Shown here: piece by piece, positions 23,401 through 37,490 of the stretch
Position numbering within the stretch: the first letter of the stretch is position 1
Layout of the letters: every line of letters starts with the position of its first letter
The notes under the pieces: model-generated
What the model saw: only the letters and a program-made list of their open reading frames with translations
What the model was told of the DNA's origin: nothing
Database searches by the model: none
Position numbers and translations under genes: made by a program
Source of the DNA: Macrostomum lignano
Taxonomy: Eukaryota
Direction: 5' to 3'
Assembly (NCBI GenBank): GCA_002269645.1
Contig: NIVC01000092.1
Location: 62,001 to 126,000 of the forward strand
Length of the DNA: 64,000 bases

Positions 23401-24109
23401 TAGACAGAATGGGTTTTGAAAAGTAAAGTTGTACGCTCGTAGTTTTGTTTTAAAGTATGAAAAATGCCGGAAAAACACTGTCTCCAATAATCTCATGGAT
23501 CTCTCTGTTTAATTTCTCTCCACTCCCCAGTTTCGCAGTTATTGGAATATAACGGCGCGCCCGCTTCTTAATATTTCTGTTGCTCAGCTCTTGGCCCTGT
23601 CTTTTCTGCGGTCGATAAAATGAAAAAAGTCGCAATTGTGAGGGGAACAGCTGGCTGTCAGGCAGGCAGGCGCATCCTGTACTATACCGGTGTGGCTATC
23701 CCGGCCGCTTGTCCGAGTGTGATAAGAAATCGAAGGAAATAATGCAGCAGTGAGTGGAAGGGGAATTGCTTGGCAGCGGCCCCCAAGGTTTCCGCGCGCG
23801 CGCTCGCGTATAAGCAAGCGAAGTTCGAAGTTTCTTCTTCTCTTCTCCCTCTTCTCCGCCGTGGCAGCCATACTCTTATAGTTGAGTAGCCAGAGTGCCC
23901 GAGGCAACAGAGAGTCAGATTGAAATTGGGAAGGCGTGAGGCGAATGCCAGCAGAGCAGCCGCAGCGGCAGTGAGTAAGTGAAAGTGATCGGGTGGGAGA
24001 GTTTCTGGCAGTAAATGAATATGATGAAGAGTGAGACTGGCTTCCTGCTTGTACAATCAGCAGGTGGGTGAGGCTTGTGAGGGATGCCTATTTTATTTTA
24101 AGGTCGAGA

Positions 24110-24605
<496 letters not shown>

Positions 24606-25204
24606 GAGGCGGAGCGGCAGACGGACAGTCCAGCAGAAGGTGCAGAGCTCATCACCCTGAGCTGGCAACTCAGTCCATGCCAGGCGGATAAATATAGCTC
24701 ATAGAAAGCGGCCCACAGCTGGCGGCATTCCTGCACTCCGCACCCGGGCTGCCCCCCCCCCCCAAAAAGAAGTTGAGCATCTTGTTGCCCCATGCAGAAG
24801 GGTTAGGGGGGGGGGCAGAAAAGATGAAATTTCCTTCATCCCGAAGCCGGATTCTGTTCTTCTGTTGCCTGGCGCCTTGCCGGGCAATAAAATCAAGTCC
24901 GGAGAAAAAATTGAAAACATCGCCCGTCTGTCGCTGATTGAAAATTCCTTCGCCAGATGGCGTCGGAGCTGTTTGAAACTGAAACGACTCGTACAACCCA
25001 GCAGCGCAGGAACAAGTTGCTGCATGCGGACTGGACTTCATTTACGAACTACTGCTGCTGCTGAGGCAGGGGGGGGGGGCAGAGTTGCGGATGACATTTC
25101 TGGCTAATTGAAGCATTGCAAGCAGACTGAGGCAGTTAGCGGCTGGGCTGCTGGCTGAGCTGGTCTGGCGTTGTGCCTTGAAATTGGCTGCTTGTTTCTT
25201 TTCT

Positions 25205-25715
25205 TGAAAATGGCACATTTGAACAACAAAAATGGCAACAAAAAACTACAAAAAAGAACTTTATAACTACAAAATGGCACATTAGAACTACAAAATGGCA
25301 CATTAGAACTACAAAATGGCACATTATAACTACAAAATGGCACATTAGAACTACAAAATGGCACATTAGAACTACAAAATGGCACATTAGAACTACAAAA
25401 TGGCACATTAGAACTACAAAATGGCACATTAGAACTACAAAATGGCACATTAGAACTACAAAATGGCACATTAGAACTACAAAATGGCACATTAGAACTA
25501 CAAAATGGCACATTAGAACTACAAAATGGCACATTAGAACTACAAAATGGCACATTATAACTACAAAATGGCACATTAGAACTACAAAATGGCACATTAG
25601 AACTACAAAATGGCACATTATAACTACAAAATGGCAACAAAAAACTACAAAATGGCACATTAGAACTACAAAATGGCACATTAGAACTACAAAATGGTAC
25701 ATTAGAACTACAATA
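25205..25715. repeat. 21 bp minisatellite
   Basis: Unit ctacaaaatggcacattagaa. Confidence 0.95.
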
Positions 25716-26319
25716 AACGAGCCAGTTTTGAGTCATACAAATGGCACTTTAAGAGTTAAAATATGCCATGCCACCACTTTGAACACCGACAAGCCATTTT
25801 CAGCGGGCAAACTCAAAAACGCTTCAAATTTGCAAGCAAAATGTAGGCAAATATTGCTTCAAGCCAGCCTCAAATGGATTTCTATTGTTTTCTCTGCAGG
25901 ACTACCCAGAAAAACATGAAACGCGTATTTTCTCATCAAATCCTTTTTCATGTCCTATCAGACAACTTCGAATTCTCAAACCTTGTCGAAGTCCTTTTTC
26001 TAGAATTTTACTGAACCGAATATCAACTGCTCAACCAGTTGTTAATATTAAATATAGCTCTATTATTGTAGCCCTATAAACCTTACTTCATTTCAATTAG
26101 TTAGCTCATAAATTATTAACATAGCTGGGCTAATTCTCCGGCAGGTAAAATGCTGCACCCAAATGCGTGATTGCGTGATCGGTGTCTCCGGTGTTTCTAG
26201 GAAAGTTTATAGGAAAACCGCGGTTTATTAGGTTGATTGGAATTGCACTGAAATTCTAGAGGATTCATGTAATCAAACACTGGAACAGAGATGGGTTTTT
26301 TAACACCTTTTTGCGAGAT

Positions 26320-26790
26320 GACAATGTTCTTCGTGACCTGACAATGTTGTTAGTGGACTGACAATGTTGTTAGTGAGTTGACAATGTTGTTAGTGAGATG
26401 ACAATGTTGTTAGTGAGATGACAATGTTGTTAGTGAGATGACAATGTTGTTAGTGAGATGACAATGTTGTTGGTGAGCTGACAATGTTGTTAGTGAGCTG
26501 ACAATGTTGTTGATGAGCTGACAATGTTGTTAGTGAGCTGACAATGTTGTTGATGAGCTGAAATTGTTGTTAGTGAGTTGAAAATGTTGTTAGTGAGCAG
26601 ACAATGTTTTTAGTGAGCTGACAATGTTGTTGGTGAGCTGATATTGTTGTTAGTGAGCTGACAATGTTGTTAGTGAGCTGACAATGTTGTTAGTGAGCTG
26701 ACAATGTTGTTGGTGAGCTGACATTGTTGTTAGTGAGCTGACATTGTTGTTGGTGAGCTGACAATGTTGTTAGTGAGCTGACATTGTTGT
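26320..26790. repeat. 20 bp minisatellite
   Basis: Unit gacaatgttgttagtgagct. Confidence 0.95.
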
Positions 26791-27229
26791 TGGTGAGCTA
26801 AAAATATGAGTACACAAGTTCGGTTCGTAAGGTCACAATTTCTGATAATTAAAAAAGATCATCAAATTGTCGATCACAGCAAGTCACGTGATAACTGCTA
26901 CCAACATCAAACAATCATCACCCAAAAGGTTCAGGGAAGGCGAGTCCGCACCCACAACATCCAATGAGAGCACACGGAAGCAATCAGATGGGATGCGTGC
27001 GCTGATATGCAAATCTGGTGCCTTCCTGCCCTAGCACTGATTCCCGCTGCGCATCCCATCTGTCACTGGGGAGATGACGAGAGGCCTAATGCTTGAATGG
27101 TGTCATCAATCAACTTCTGACGTTGTCATGGAAATGGCGGGGCCTAGAAATGCAGTTCAAATGAGTGCAGTTTTAGAGGCCGGGGTCAAGGGGGGAGAAT
27201 AGTTCTGGCTCCCCATCACCCCACCTCTC

Positions 27230-27520
27230 AATCTTTCTCATCCCATCTCTAAATCTACCTCACTCCATCTCTAAATCTATCTCACTCCATCTCTAAATCT
27301 GTCTCACCCATCTTTAAAACTATCTCACTCCATCTCTAAATCTATCTCACTCCATCTCTAAATCTATCTCACTCCATCTCTAAATCTATCTCACTCCATC
27401 TCTAAATCTGTCTCACTCCATCTCTAAATCTGTCTCACTCCATCTCTAAATCCCTCTCACCCCGTCTCTATATCTATCTCACTCTATCTCCCAATCTATC
27501 TCACCCCATCTCCCTTATCT
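27230..27520. repeat. 22 bp pyrimidine-rich minisatellite
   Basis: Unit aaatctatctcactccatctct. Confidence 0.9.
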
Positions 27521-28299
27521 AAGTTCTCCCTACTCTTCACTATCAATCTCTTTCAGCCAAAATATCAGTCCTTTGTCTGCTCATATGCTACCTCATGTGG
27601 AGTCGCATCGATTTTCACAGAAATCTCTCAGTCACCTGTTTTGTGTCCAGTGCCTTCTGCGCAGAATGAATGACAAAAATGTGTTTCTACCCTGGTCAAC
27701 TTATTCCGGCCATTCTTTTCTGCTGCTTTTGTTTTGCTTTAGCCAAGACACCGGCTAGCTGGTGCGTTCCAGCATCCTCCCTCACCCATCATCCTTCAGC
27801 GTTTGAACTTTCTGGGCCAGGCGCTGGGGCAAGCATTAACAGCTCTCTGTCCTGGAGCCTACATTTCTTAGAAAGCAAAGCCGGCGGCGCGGAGTTTGCT
27901 GGGTCATAAACTATCGCTTTCGGACGGCGTCTACCTCTTTCCGCAACTGTGTTTTTTACCTTGGCCGCGCGTCCTCGGCCCTTTGTCGTCGTGTGCGCGC
28001 GGCCGAGACTCTTTTGACTGGCTGGGGGATAGCTGGTAGGTTGTAACTCTCGTTTTTTAGGGCCAGCGCCCCGGGCTGTTGCCACATGAACAAAGTAGCT
28101 GGGCTATTTGGCTGCAAAATGGCTGTTTACAGACTGTGGAGTCCCGGATGCATTTTGCGATTTTGCGATTTGCAGACTCCCTGGTGGTTAAGAGCTTTGG
28201 GTGTGCAAATCTATTGGAAATGCGGTGGCAGAATAAGGGATAAGTTGACTCTTGTCTCTTGATATATCTCATTCCATCTCTAGAGCTACCCTATTTTAC

Positions 28300-28510
28300 C
28301 CATAGATCAATCTAAGTTTATCTCAATATCTGTCTTACCTAATCTCTAGATATGTCTTAACTTATCTCTAGATCTGTCGTCCCTTCATCTCTAGATATGT
28401 CTTACTTCATCTCTAGATCTGTAGTACCTTAATCTCTAGATCTGTTTTACCTTCATCTCTAGATCTGTCTTACTTCATCTATAGATCTGTTTTACCTTCA
28501 TCTATAGATC
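28300..28510. repeat. ~23 bp degenerate tandem repeat
   Basis: tctagatctgtcttacttcatc-like units. Confidence 0.8.
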
Positions 28511-28647
28511 TGTGGACTCAACCTTGACCTGAATTGACCCGGAGCGTGTTTTGACCTGGAGTATCCTGAGTGACCTTGGCCTTAATCTTATGACCTGAAG
28601 CAACCTGGACGATCATCAACCTGATTGCAACCTTAATTGAGCCATTC

Positions 28648-31600
28648 ATGGCCTGGCTGAGTCGGTTTCTGCTACTCCTGCTGCTGCATCACCTGCTGCT
28701 CAAAGCGACATCGGAGGCTGCGCCGAGCTCCGCTGAGAATGCGTGAGTTGCTAATTAATTGAAGATAAATTTATTATCAATAAAATACCACTGAATTATT
28801 TCTGTGCATGCTTAATCCTGAGGCAGAAGGTTGATAGCACTTAGTACGAATCTGCAATTTGTTTTACTGAGAGGTTTCTGGTCTTGCACCGGGGCCTTGC
28901 ACCTGGGCCTTGCACCTGGGCCTCGCACCGGTTACTTGCTCAAATATTTTAGTTATTATTAGTTATTGCTTGCCTACTGAGACTGGGAATTGGTTTGAAA
29001 TTTAGTCAGTCAGTCACCCACTGGCCTAGGGAATGAGCTGGAGTGATTAAGGATGTCTTTTCTGTCTAATTGCTTTGTTGGTATCCCATACTGTAGTGAG
29101 AGGTGTTACTGGAGTGAGAGGGGCTACTGTAGTGAGAGGGGTTACTGGAGTGAGAGGGGCTACTGTAGTGAGAGGGGTTACTGGAGTGAGAGGGGTTACT
29201 GGAATGATAGGGGCTATACTCGAGTGAGAGGGGGTTACTGGAGTGAGAGGGGTTACTGGAATGAGAGGGGCTATACTCGAGTGAGAGGGGGTTACTGGAA
29301 TGAGAGGGGGTTACTGGAGTGAGAGGGGGTTACTGGAGTGAGAGGGGGTTACTGGAGTGAGAGGGGGTTACTGGAGTGAGAGGGGTTACTGGAGTGAGAG
29401 GGGTTACTGGAGTGAGAGGGGGTTACTGGAGTGAGAGGGGGTTACTGGAGTGAGAGGGGGTTACTGGAGTGAGAGGGGGTTACTGGAGTGAGAGGGGGTT
29501 ACTGGAGTGAGAGGGGGTTACTGGAGTGAGAGGGGGTTACTGGAGTGAGAGGGGGTTACTGGAGTGAGAGGGGTTACTGGAGTGAGAGGGGGTTACTGGA
29601 GTGAGAGGGGGTTACTGGAGTGAGAGGGGGTTACTGGAGTGAGAGGGGTTACTGGAGTGAGAGGGGGTTGCTGGAGTGAGAGGGGGTTGCTGGAGTGAGA
29701 GGGGTTGCTGGAGTGAGAGGGGTTGCTGGAGTGAGAGGGGTTGCTGGAGTGAGAGAGGGTTACTGCAGCGATAGAGGGTTACAGCAGTGAGAGAGGGTTA
29801 CTACAGAGTCACTGATACTAAATATAGGATCACTAAGCTAGAAATTACCCCAGCATCCATTGCACTTATTCAGAAATTTTAGTTTAACTTCGCACATTCG
29901 AGTCTCTATAGGAAAATGGTTTTTGCTGTTGTGCACCCCCTAACCCCAGCATTTGGCACAAGTTAATCCAAATGCCAAAGTACAAAATGCACCTTCACTT
30001 CCTGCGCGCCATATAGTGATGCAAAAGTTTAATACGCAAGCGTTCTTGCTCTCATGTTTGTTCGAACTGTGATTTTTTAATTCCCTAATTTCAGTCGAAA
30101 AAGTGACGGCCTCATGTGAGCAGCTGGGCAGTCGGCAGAGCAGTTGCTCGAAAAAAAATTTTTTTTTGCCGTGAAAAGTTTAAATGCGAATGGCTGAGAT
30201 TATGAATTCAATATACTTTAACCGCTAAATTCTTCTCTAACTAATACGGCATTATTCATATCAGTTTCTGCACTAGCTCTTCAGATCTTTGTTTCAACTC
30301 TTTGTTTTCAGTTTTTTAAGCTAATGGCCCAGTAACAGTTTTTTTTGTTAAAATAGCCACTTTAGACAAGTTTGGACAATAGCTTAGTTTGTTATATTTT
30401 GATAAGCATAATTTGTTAATATAAACTTCTGCTAACTGGCTTTTGCGGTTGTAAATTTTGCTTACCCGATCCAGTTTTTAAAACAGTTGAATTGCCGTTG
30501 CTATGCGATGGCGCCTGCCAGATCTATTACTGACGTTTGCGCTGTAATGCGGAGCTTTTGCCTGCCCCCGCGTGTGAGACCAGGGAGTGATTCAGTAACT
30601 GTCTTTTGTGTCCTAATTCCTGATTGTGGACAGTTTTGGGTCATGGACAGTTTTACATGTATGTCATAGACAGTTTTGGGTCATCGACAGTTTTGGGTCA
30701 TAGATAGTTTTGGGTCATAGATAGTTTTGGGTCATAGATAGTTTTGGGTCATAGATAGTTTTGGGTCATAGATAGTTTTGGGTCATAGACAGTTTCGTGT
30801 CATAGACAGTTTTGGGTCATAGACAGTTTTGTTCATAAACAGTTTTGGGTCATACAGTTTTGGGTCATAGACAGTTTTGGGTCATATACAGTTTTTGGTC
30901 ATAGATAGTTTTGGGTCATAGATAGTTTTGGGTCATAGATAGTTTTGGGTCATAGATAGTTTTGTTCATAAACAGTTTTGGGTCATAGACAGTTTTTGGT
31001 CATAGATAGTTTTTGGTCATAGACAGTTTTGGGTCATAGACAGTTTTTGGTCATAGACAGTTTTGGGTCATAGATAGTTTTGGGTCATAGATAGTTTTGG
31101 GTCATAGACAGTTTTGGGTCATAGACAGTTTTGGGTCATAGACAGTTTAGGCTCATAGACAGTTTAGGCTCATAGACAGCTTTGGGTCATAGACAGTTTA
31201 GGCTCATAGACAATTTCGGATCGGAGTCAGTTTTATGTCATAGGCAGTTTTGGGCCATATACAAAATTTCTGGCCATAGACAGTTAGTGTCATTAAAGTA
31301 TTTGGGTCATAATCATAACCAGTTTTAGGTTGCAGACAGTTTTGGGCCATTGGCAGTTTTAGGTCATAGAGTCATAGAAAGTTAGGGTCAAATCCCATTA
31401 TGCATTGCAGCATTTTTCGTGCTAGGACAGTATTCAAATATTGTATGTCATACATCACTGCTATATCAGTCTGTCTGTATAACATTCCGGTGTCCCTAAG
31501 GACTTATCTTCAGTCCGGTAAAGCTTTGTTTGTAAAGCTACCCCAGTTCTGACTAACATGAACAACGGCAGCGCCTACATGGAACTACAAGACCCGTTCG

Positions 31601-34600
31601 CCCTTATTTGACCCGGCACAATTTCAGAATAAGTCTGAAGCGGTTCCGCTGTTATCTTTATTGCTTGCCGGCTCGGAACATGCTTGAAAAGGGTTATAAA
31701 AGTGTAACATTAGGACTTGCATCTGCCTGATCATGATTCGCCATTTGCAATGCCGAATTTCAGAAAGCGCGTAGTGGACAAAATGCTGAAGAACTACACG
31801 AGGCAAAACAGCCCGAATGGAGGTGAGACTGAGAGGCTGCATCATTTTATATAATACTGGTTTGTTAATAAAGGGGATACAGGGGAATTTTCTGCTGAGT
31901 GGTCTATCTCTGTTGACTCTTTTGTGCTTAAGGACCCGGGTTCGATTCCCCGCGTTGTTACCAAATCTATAAATCAATTTATTCGTTAATTTGATTTGAT
32001 AATTTTTTACAGATTCTACAACTACAGTGTATATAGGAATCTACGTGATCGGTTTCTATTCTATTAGTGAGGCTACCATGGTAAGTTATCTGCAGATTTC
32101 GATACATATCGGCCTATCGGGTTAACACAAGATTTCGATACATATCGGCCTATCGGTTTTATACAAGATTTCGATACATATCGGGTTTATACAAGATTTC
32201 GATACATATCGGGTTTATACAAGATTTCGATACATATCGGGTTTATACAAGATTTCGATACATATCGGGTTAACACAAGATTTCGATACATATCGGTTTT
32301 ATACAAGATTTCGATACATATCGGGTTAACACAAGATTTCGATACATATCGGGTCCATGCAATACTTAAATACAAATCGCCATCCCCACACGATTGCAGG
32401 ACTACTCGCTAACCATCTACCTCCGGCTGCAGTGGACGGATCCCAGGCTGAGCTACAACAGCAGCGAAGTTGGCGGCAAGGCGCAAATCAAGCTGGAAGA
32501 CAACATCTGGGAGAAGATCTGGGTGCCCGACGTGTTTCTCAGGTGCGCGGTCTGCTTCAAATATTTTTTAACGGTGTAAACTATCCATCGGCGAAAGTTT
32601 TTGGTCTGGTCTGAGGGGTCTCTGGATATATAGTGCATCTGGAAGTAGTAAAGCTGGAATGGAGACGCGGGCAGGCACTCTTATGCTGGGCCATTCGTGC
32701 GTGACCGAGAGCGGCCACCGGGGGATGGCGAGCTTTAATTAAACGGCTGCAGTTGCGGCTCTGGCAGTCTGGCTTGTTCGAGACGCAGCAAATTGTATTT
32801 GTACTTTCTAATGCCTGCTATTAGAGTGTTTAGCTGCAGATATAAATATACAAATGTGTTGTCTGGTTTGATAAAAATCAAAAAACTTATAGCAACTATA
32901 TAGTCACTTATTTTGGTCCTCCATTTTGATAAATGTAAGAGGCTACACTAAGTTCTAATCTTATCATTGTTGAAGGCGGATACCCGGTTCTAATCTTATC
33001 ATTGTTGAAGGCCGATACCCGGTTCTAATCTTATCATTGTTGAAGGCCGATACCCGGTTCTAATCTTATCATTTTGAAGGCCGATAACCAGTTCTAATCT
33101 TATCATTTTGAAGGCCGATAACCAGTTCTATTATGATCCTCATAAAAAATTGAGACTTCTTTACAAACCACAGAAACGAGAAGAAGGCAGCCTTCCACTC
33201 GGTCACAATACCCAACCGGTTTATGAATCTTGAGCCCAACGGACGAATTTGGTACGTCATCAAGTAAGTTAATTTCATTCTCGCGCGTTACTACTAATAA
33301 GTCCAATTCAAAGTAGTATTAAATGACTACTATCATTAAATTATTTGTTTAATTGGCAGATTGTCAATCACGTTATCCTGCGAGATGAATTTGAAAAAAT
33401 ACCCGCTGGACACCCAGATGTGCCCTATGATGTTCGAGAGCTGTGAGTCTGCTTGTTCCTTAGATCACTTTCCTATCTAACAGGATAACATCCTATCTAA
33501 CAGGTTCCCATCCTATCTAACAGGTTCCCATCCTATCTAACAGGATACCATCCTATCTAACAGGTTCCCATCCTATCTAACAGGTTCCCATCCTATCTAA
33601 CAGGTTCCCATTCTATCTAACAGGTTCCCATTCTATCTAACAGGTTCCCATTCTATCTAACAGGTTCCTATTCTATCTAACGTAATGTGACTCATCCTCT
33701 CTAACTGGTTCCCATCCTCTCTAACTGGTTCCCATCCTATCTAACAGGTTCCCATTCTATCTAACAGGTTCCTATTCTATCTAACAGGTTCTCATCTTAT
33801 CTAACAGGTTCCTATTCTATCTAACAGGTTCCCATCTTATCTAACAGGTTCCTATTCTATCTAACAGGTTCCCATCTTATCTAACAGGTTCCCATCTAAC
33901 TTGACCGTTCAAAAAGATTTTTAATAAATTTTTATCAATTCTTTTAAATAACCATTTAACAAATGGTCATTGGTCATTGCTTGCCGGACTCCAGTCGGCC
34001 ACACCATGGACACCGTGGCCTTCAAGTGGTTGCAGCCGCCACGCCGGCCAGACGACATACCAGAGGACCTGACCATGCCACAGTTCGATTTAAAGAATGT
34101 CCACCTGAAATCCTGCGACCTCAATTACACAACTGGAGCCTATCCGTGCCTGCAGATGACCTTCGAGTTGAAGAGGGACTTTGGCTACTTCCTCATTCAG
34201 GTTTGTGACAGCTCAACTCAAATTATGATGGATAGTAGGGCTAGTATGTGACCCATATCATGACCCATTATGTGACTCAAATAATGACCCATTTTGTGAC
34301 TCATATCACCCATTATGTGACTCAAATCATGACACATTATGTGACTAATATCATGACCCACTACGTGACTCAAATCATAACCAATTATGTGACTCATATC
34401 ATGACCCATTATGTGACTCAAATCATGACACATTATGTGACTCAAATCATGACCCATTATGTGACTCATATCATGACACATTATGTGACTCAAATCATGA
34501 CCCATTATGTGACTCAAATCATGACCCACTATGTGACTCATATCATGATACATTATGTGACTCAAATCAAATCATGACACATTATGTGACTCAAATCATG

Positions 34601-35939
34601 ACCCATTATGTGACTCAAATAATGACCCATTTTGTGACTCATATCACCCATTATGTGACTCAAATCATGACACATTATGTGACTCATATCATGACCCATT
34701 TTGTGACTCAAATCATAACCAATTATGACTCATATCATGACCAATTATGACTCAAATCATGACACATTATGTGACTCAAATCATGACCGAACCATCATCT
34801 GACTCATATCAAGTCCCATTATACGATGAATGATATCAAAATAACATTTCTTCACTGCCTGATTGTAAATTTCCAGATCTACATACCCACAATTCTGATA
34901 GTAATTCTAAGCTGGTTCTCGTTTTGGCTTAACATCGACTCTGTACCTGGCCGAGTGAGTCTGGGACTGCTCACAGGTGAGATGATGATGATCTTGCTGA
35001 ATATACATGTACATGGTGATAATCATGTGACGTCTATGTGATAATCATGTGACGTCTATGTAATAATCATGTGATGACTATTTGCTAATCATGTGATATC
35101 TATATGGTAGGCATGTGATGTCTATGTGATAATCATATGATATTTATGTGATAAAATCATGTGATGTCTATGTGATAATCATGTGATGTTTATGTGATAA
35201 CCATGTCATGTCTATGTGCGAATCATGTGACGTCTATGTAATAATCATGTGATGACTATGTACTAATCATGTGATATCTATGTGATAAAATCATTTGATG
35301 TTTATGTGATAATCTATGTGACGTCTATGGGAAATCCTACGATAACCATCCGATAATCATGTGATAAAGTCTGCAATAACCATTCCCTCCCCAGTGCTGA
35401 CCATCACCACTCAGGCGTCCAGCGCCAAGTCCTCCCTGCCCAAGGTGTCCTATATCAAAGCCATCGACGTTTGGATGAGCGTCTGCCTCGGTTTCGTGTT
35501 CGCCTCACTGCTAGAGTTTGCAATCGTCAATGTGTACAGCAGAGAGGAGTCGTCTGGAGCCGCCGCCAAGAGGCAGCAGCAGCAGCTCCGCAGCCGCAAC
35601 AGGCGCTCCGGCGGCAGCGGCGGCGGCGGGCTTCTTCGACGCGTCGGTCGAAAACGCGGCGGCATCGGAGGAGGCGGCGGCGGCGGCGGCGGTTCGAGCG
35701 GCCTGCGGATCAGGACGGACAGCAACTCGCCTGTCTTCATGCGCGACACCGTCCTGATGCTCGAGGAGGCGCCGCCGCCGTCACCGGCGCAGGCTCAGTC
35801 GGCGGCTCCTCCGATGCCGAAGCAGAGGCCGAATATGCCGACGGCAAAAAAAATTGATAAATTTTCGAGAAGATTTTTTCCGCTATCGTTTGCACTGTTT
35901 AACGTGGTCTACTGGGTTTACTACCTGATCATTGCTTGA
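28648..35939 (+). CDS. Cys-loop ligand-gated chloride channel subunit (GluCl/GlyR-like), ~462 aa
   Basis: Nine in-phase exons: 28648-28742, 31764-31822, 32013-32080, 32400-32542, 33174-33263, 33360-33442, 33995-34200, 34877-34976, 35395-35939 (1389 nt). Signal peptide, [18 protein letters not shown], Cys-loop [15 protein letters not shown], loop-C disulfide [13 protein letters not shown]2 preceded by PGR, M3 and M4 present. Confidence 0.93.
29090..29790. repeat. 19-20 bp minisatellite, channel intron 1
   Basis: Unit gagagggggttactggagt. Confidence 0.95.
30625..31210. repeat. 17 bp minisatellite, channel intron 1
   Basis: Unit gggtcatagacagtttt. Confidence 0.95.
32092..32353. repeat. 28-29 bp minisatellite, channel intron 3
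   Basis: Unit acaagatttcgatacatatcgggtttat, containing a CGATA/TATCG hairpin. Confidence 0.9.
32950..33130. repeat. 34-35 bp tandem repeat, channel intron 4
   Basis: Unit ccggttctaatcttatcattgttgaaggccgatac. Confidence 0.9.
33470..33900. repeat. 20 bp minisatellite, channel intron 6
   Basis: Unit tcctatctaacaggttccca. Confidence 0.95.
34245..34790. repeat. 24 bp minisatellite, channel intron 7
   Basis: Unit catgacccattatgtgactcaaat. Confidence 0.95.
35020..35365. repeat. 22 bp degenerate minisatellite, channel intron 8
   Basis: Unit gtgataatcatgtgacgtctat. Confidence 0.85.
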
Positions 35940-35999
35940 GCCCGCCTTGAGGCAGGGCTCCGTGGACAACTGGAGCGGAGCCTCTGGACAGTAGTTTTC

Positions 36000-36600
36000 T
36001 GGGTTATCATTGAGAGATCTGGGTAGTCGTTGAGAGATCTGGGGTTACCATTAAGAGATCTGAGGTAATCATTGAGAGATCTGGGTAATCATTGAGAGAT
36101 CTGGGTAATCATTGAGAGATCTGGGGTAATCATTGAGAGATCTGGGGTAATCATTGAGAGATCTGGGGTAATCATTGAGAGATCTGGGTAATCATTGAGA
36201 GATCTGGGTAATCATTGAGAGATCTGGGCAATCATTGAGAGATCTGGGTAATCATTGAGAGATCTGGGTAATCATTGAGAGATCTGGGGTAATCATTGAG
36301 AGATCTGGGGTAATCATTGAAAGATCTGGGTAATCATTGAGAGATCTGAGGTAATCATTTAGAGATTTGAGGTAATCATTGAGAGATCTGAGGTAATCAT
36401 TTAGAGATTTGAGGTAATCATTGAGAGATCTGGGGTAATCATTGAGAGATCTGGGGTTATCATTGAGAGATCTGGGTAATCATTGAGAGATCTGGGTAAT
36501 CATTGAGAGATCTGGGGTTATCATTGAGAGATCTGGGTAATCATTGAGAGATCTGGGTAATCATTGAGAGATCTGGGTAATCATTGAGAGATCTGGGTAG
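36000..36600. repeat. 19-20 bp minisatellite in or after the channel 3'UTR
   Basis: Unit gagagatctgggtaatcatt; AATAAA follows at 36648. Confidence 0.9.
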
Positions 36601-37490
36601 TCGTTGTGGGACTTCAGAAAAGTTACCTATAATGCAGGGTTGTGATAAATAAATATATATGTTTGATTTTGAACCAATGAAACTTCTCCTATTTTCTGTT
36701 TTACTCGTGGCAATCGCAGCTTTCTGTTTGATTGATTAGAAAAGTCATAGTCAGTTAATTTTTTGTGATTTCTATTATATTCAGTAATTCTTTCGAACCA
36801 TTCTATTCTATTGCGAATCTAAAATGCTTATCTACTCGCCTCGACGCTGACACGAAAACAGGTTGTAATAATTTATACGTAATAATTAGTGATTACTTTG
36901 TATTTTCATTGGCAAAAAATTTTTATTTTATACAAATATGTTTAAAACAAGTATTTTGTGTTTTTAATGATACGCTATTAAACGTCATTTTTTTAAAATA
37001 CGCGTTTGTTTATCTGCTTTTAATTGATTTGTTATTGTGCTTCAGAAATTAAAACGCGAATTTTACTCACAAATTGCATGTCAATATAAAACTATACAGC
37101 ATGCTGACTGACCAAATTAAATTACCAGCATGAGGAGTCAATATTTTAAACTTTTGTCTGTTTTTTCAAGTCCGCAAGTTAATCAAATATTGCTGCTAGG
37201 CCAGAATACGATGGATGTTCCATAAGTCCTTTCACTATTGAGTATTGCTCAGGCTGAGCTATAGACGTTTTATTGCAAAGTGGTTCTTTGAAAGCTGGTA
37301 GAACTTATACATACTTCTTTTGACGCCAATATCACTTGAAAATACCTCTTTTGAGCAAAATGCCATGTGTTCTGCAGTGAAAGTGTCTGCCATAGAGTTA
37401 CGAAAACATAAGACAACGCTCAATTGCCACGAGTGACGCGTGAACGCGTGACAATTAGAAGCATTGACATATGGCCAAGCATTCTTAAAT

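Noticed and set aside
22324-23496. 359 aa poly-EEERE ORF and its antisense LLFLP ORF
   Set aside because: A purine-only repeat cannot contain stop codons; the start is non-ATG and there is no unique sequence.
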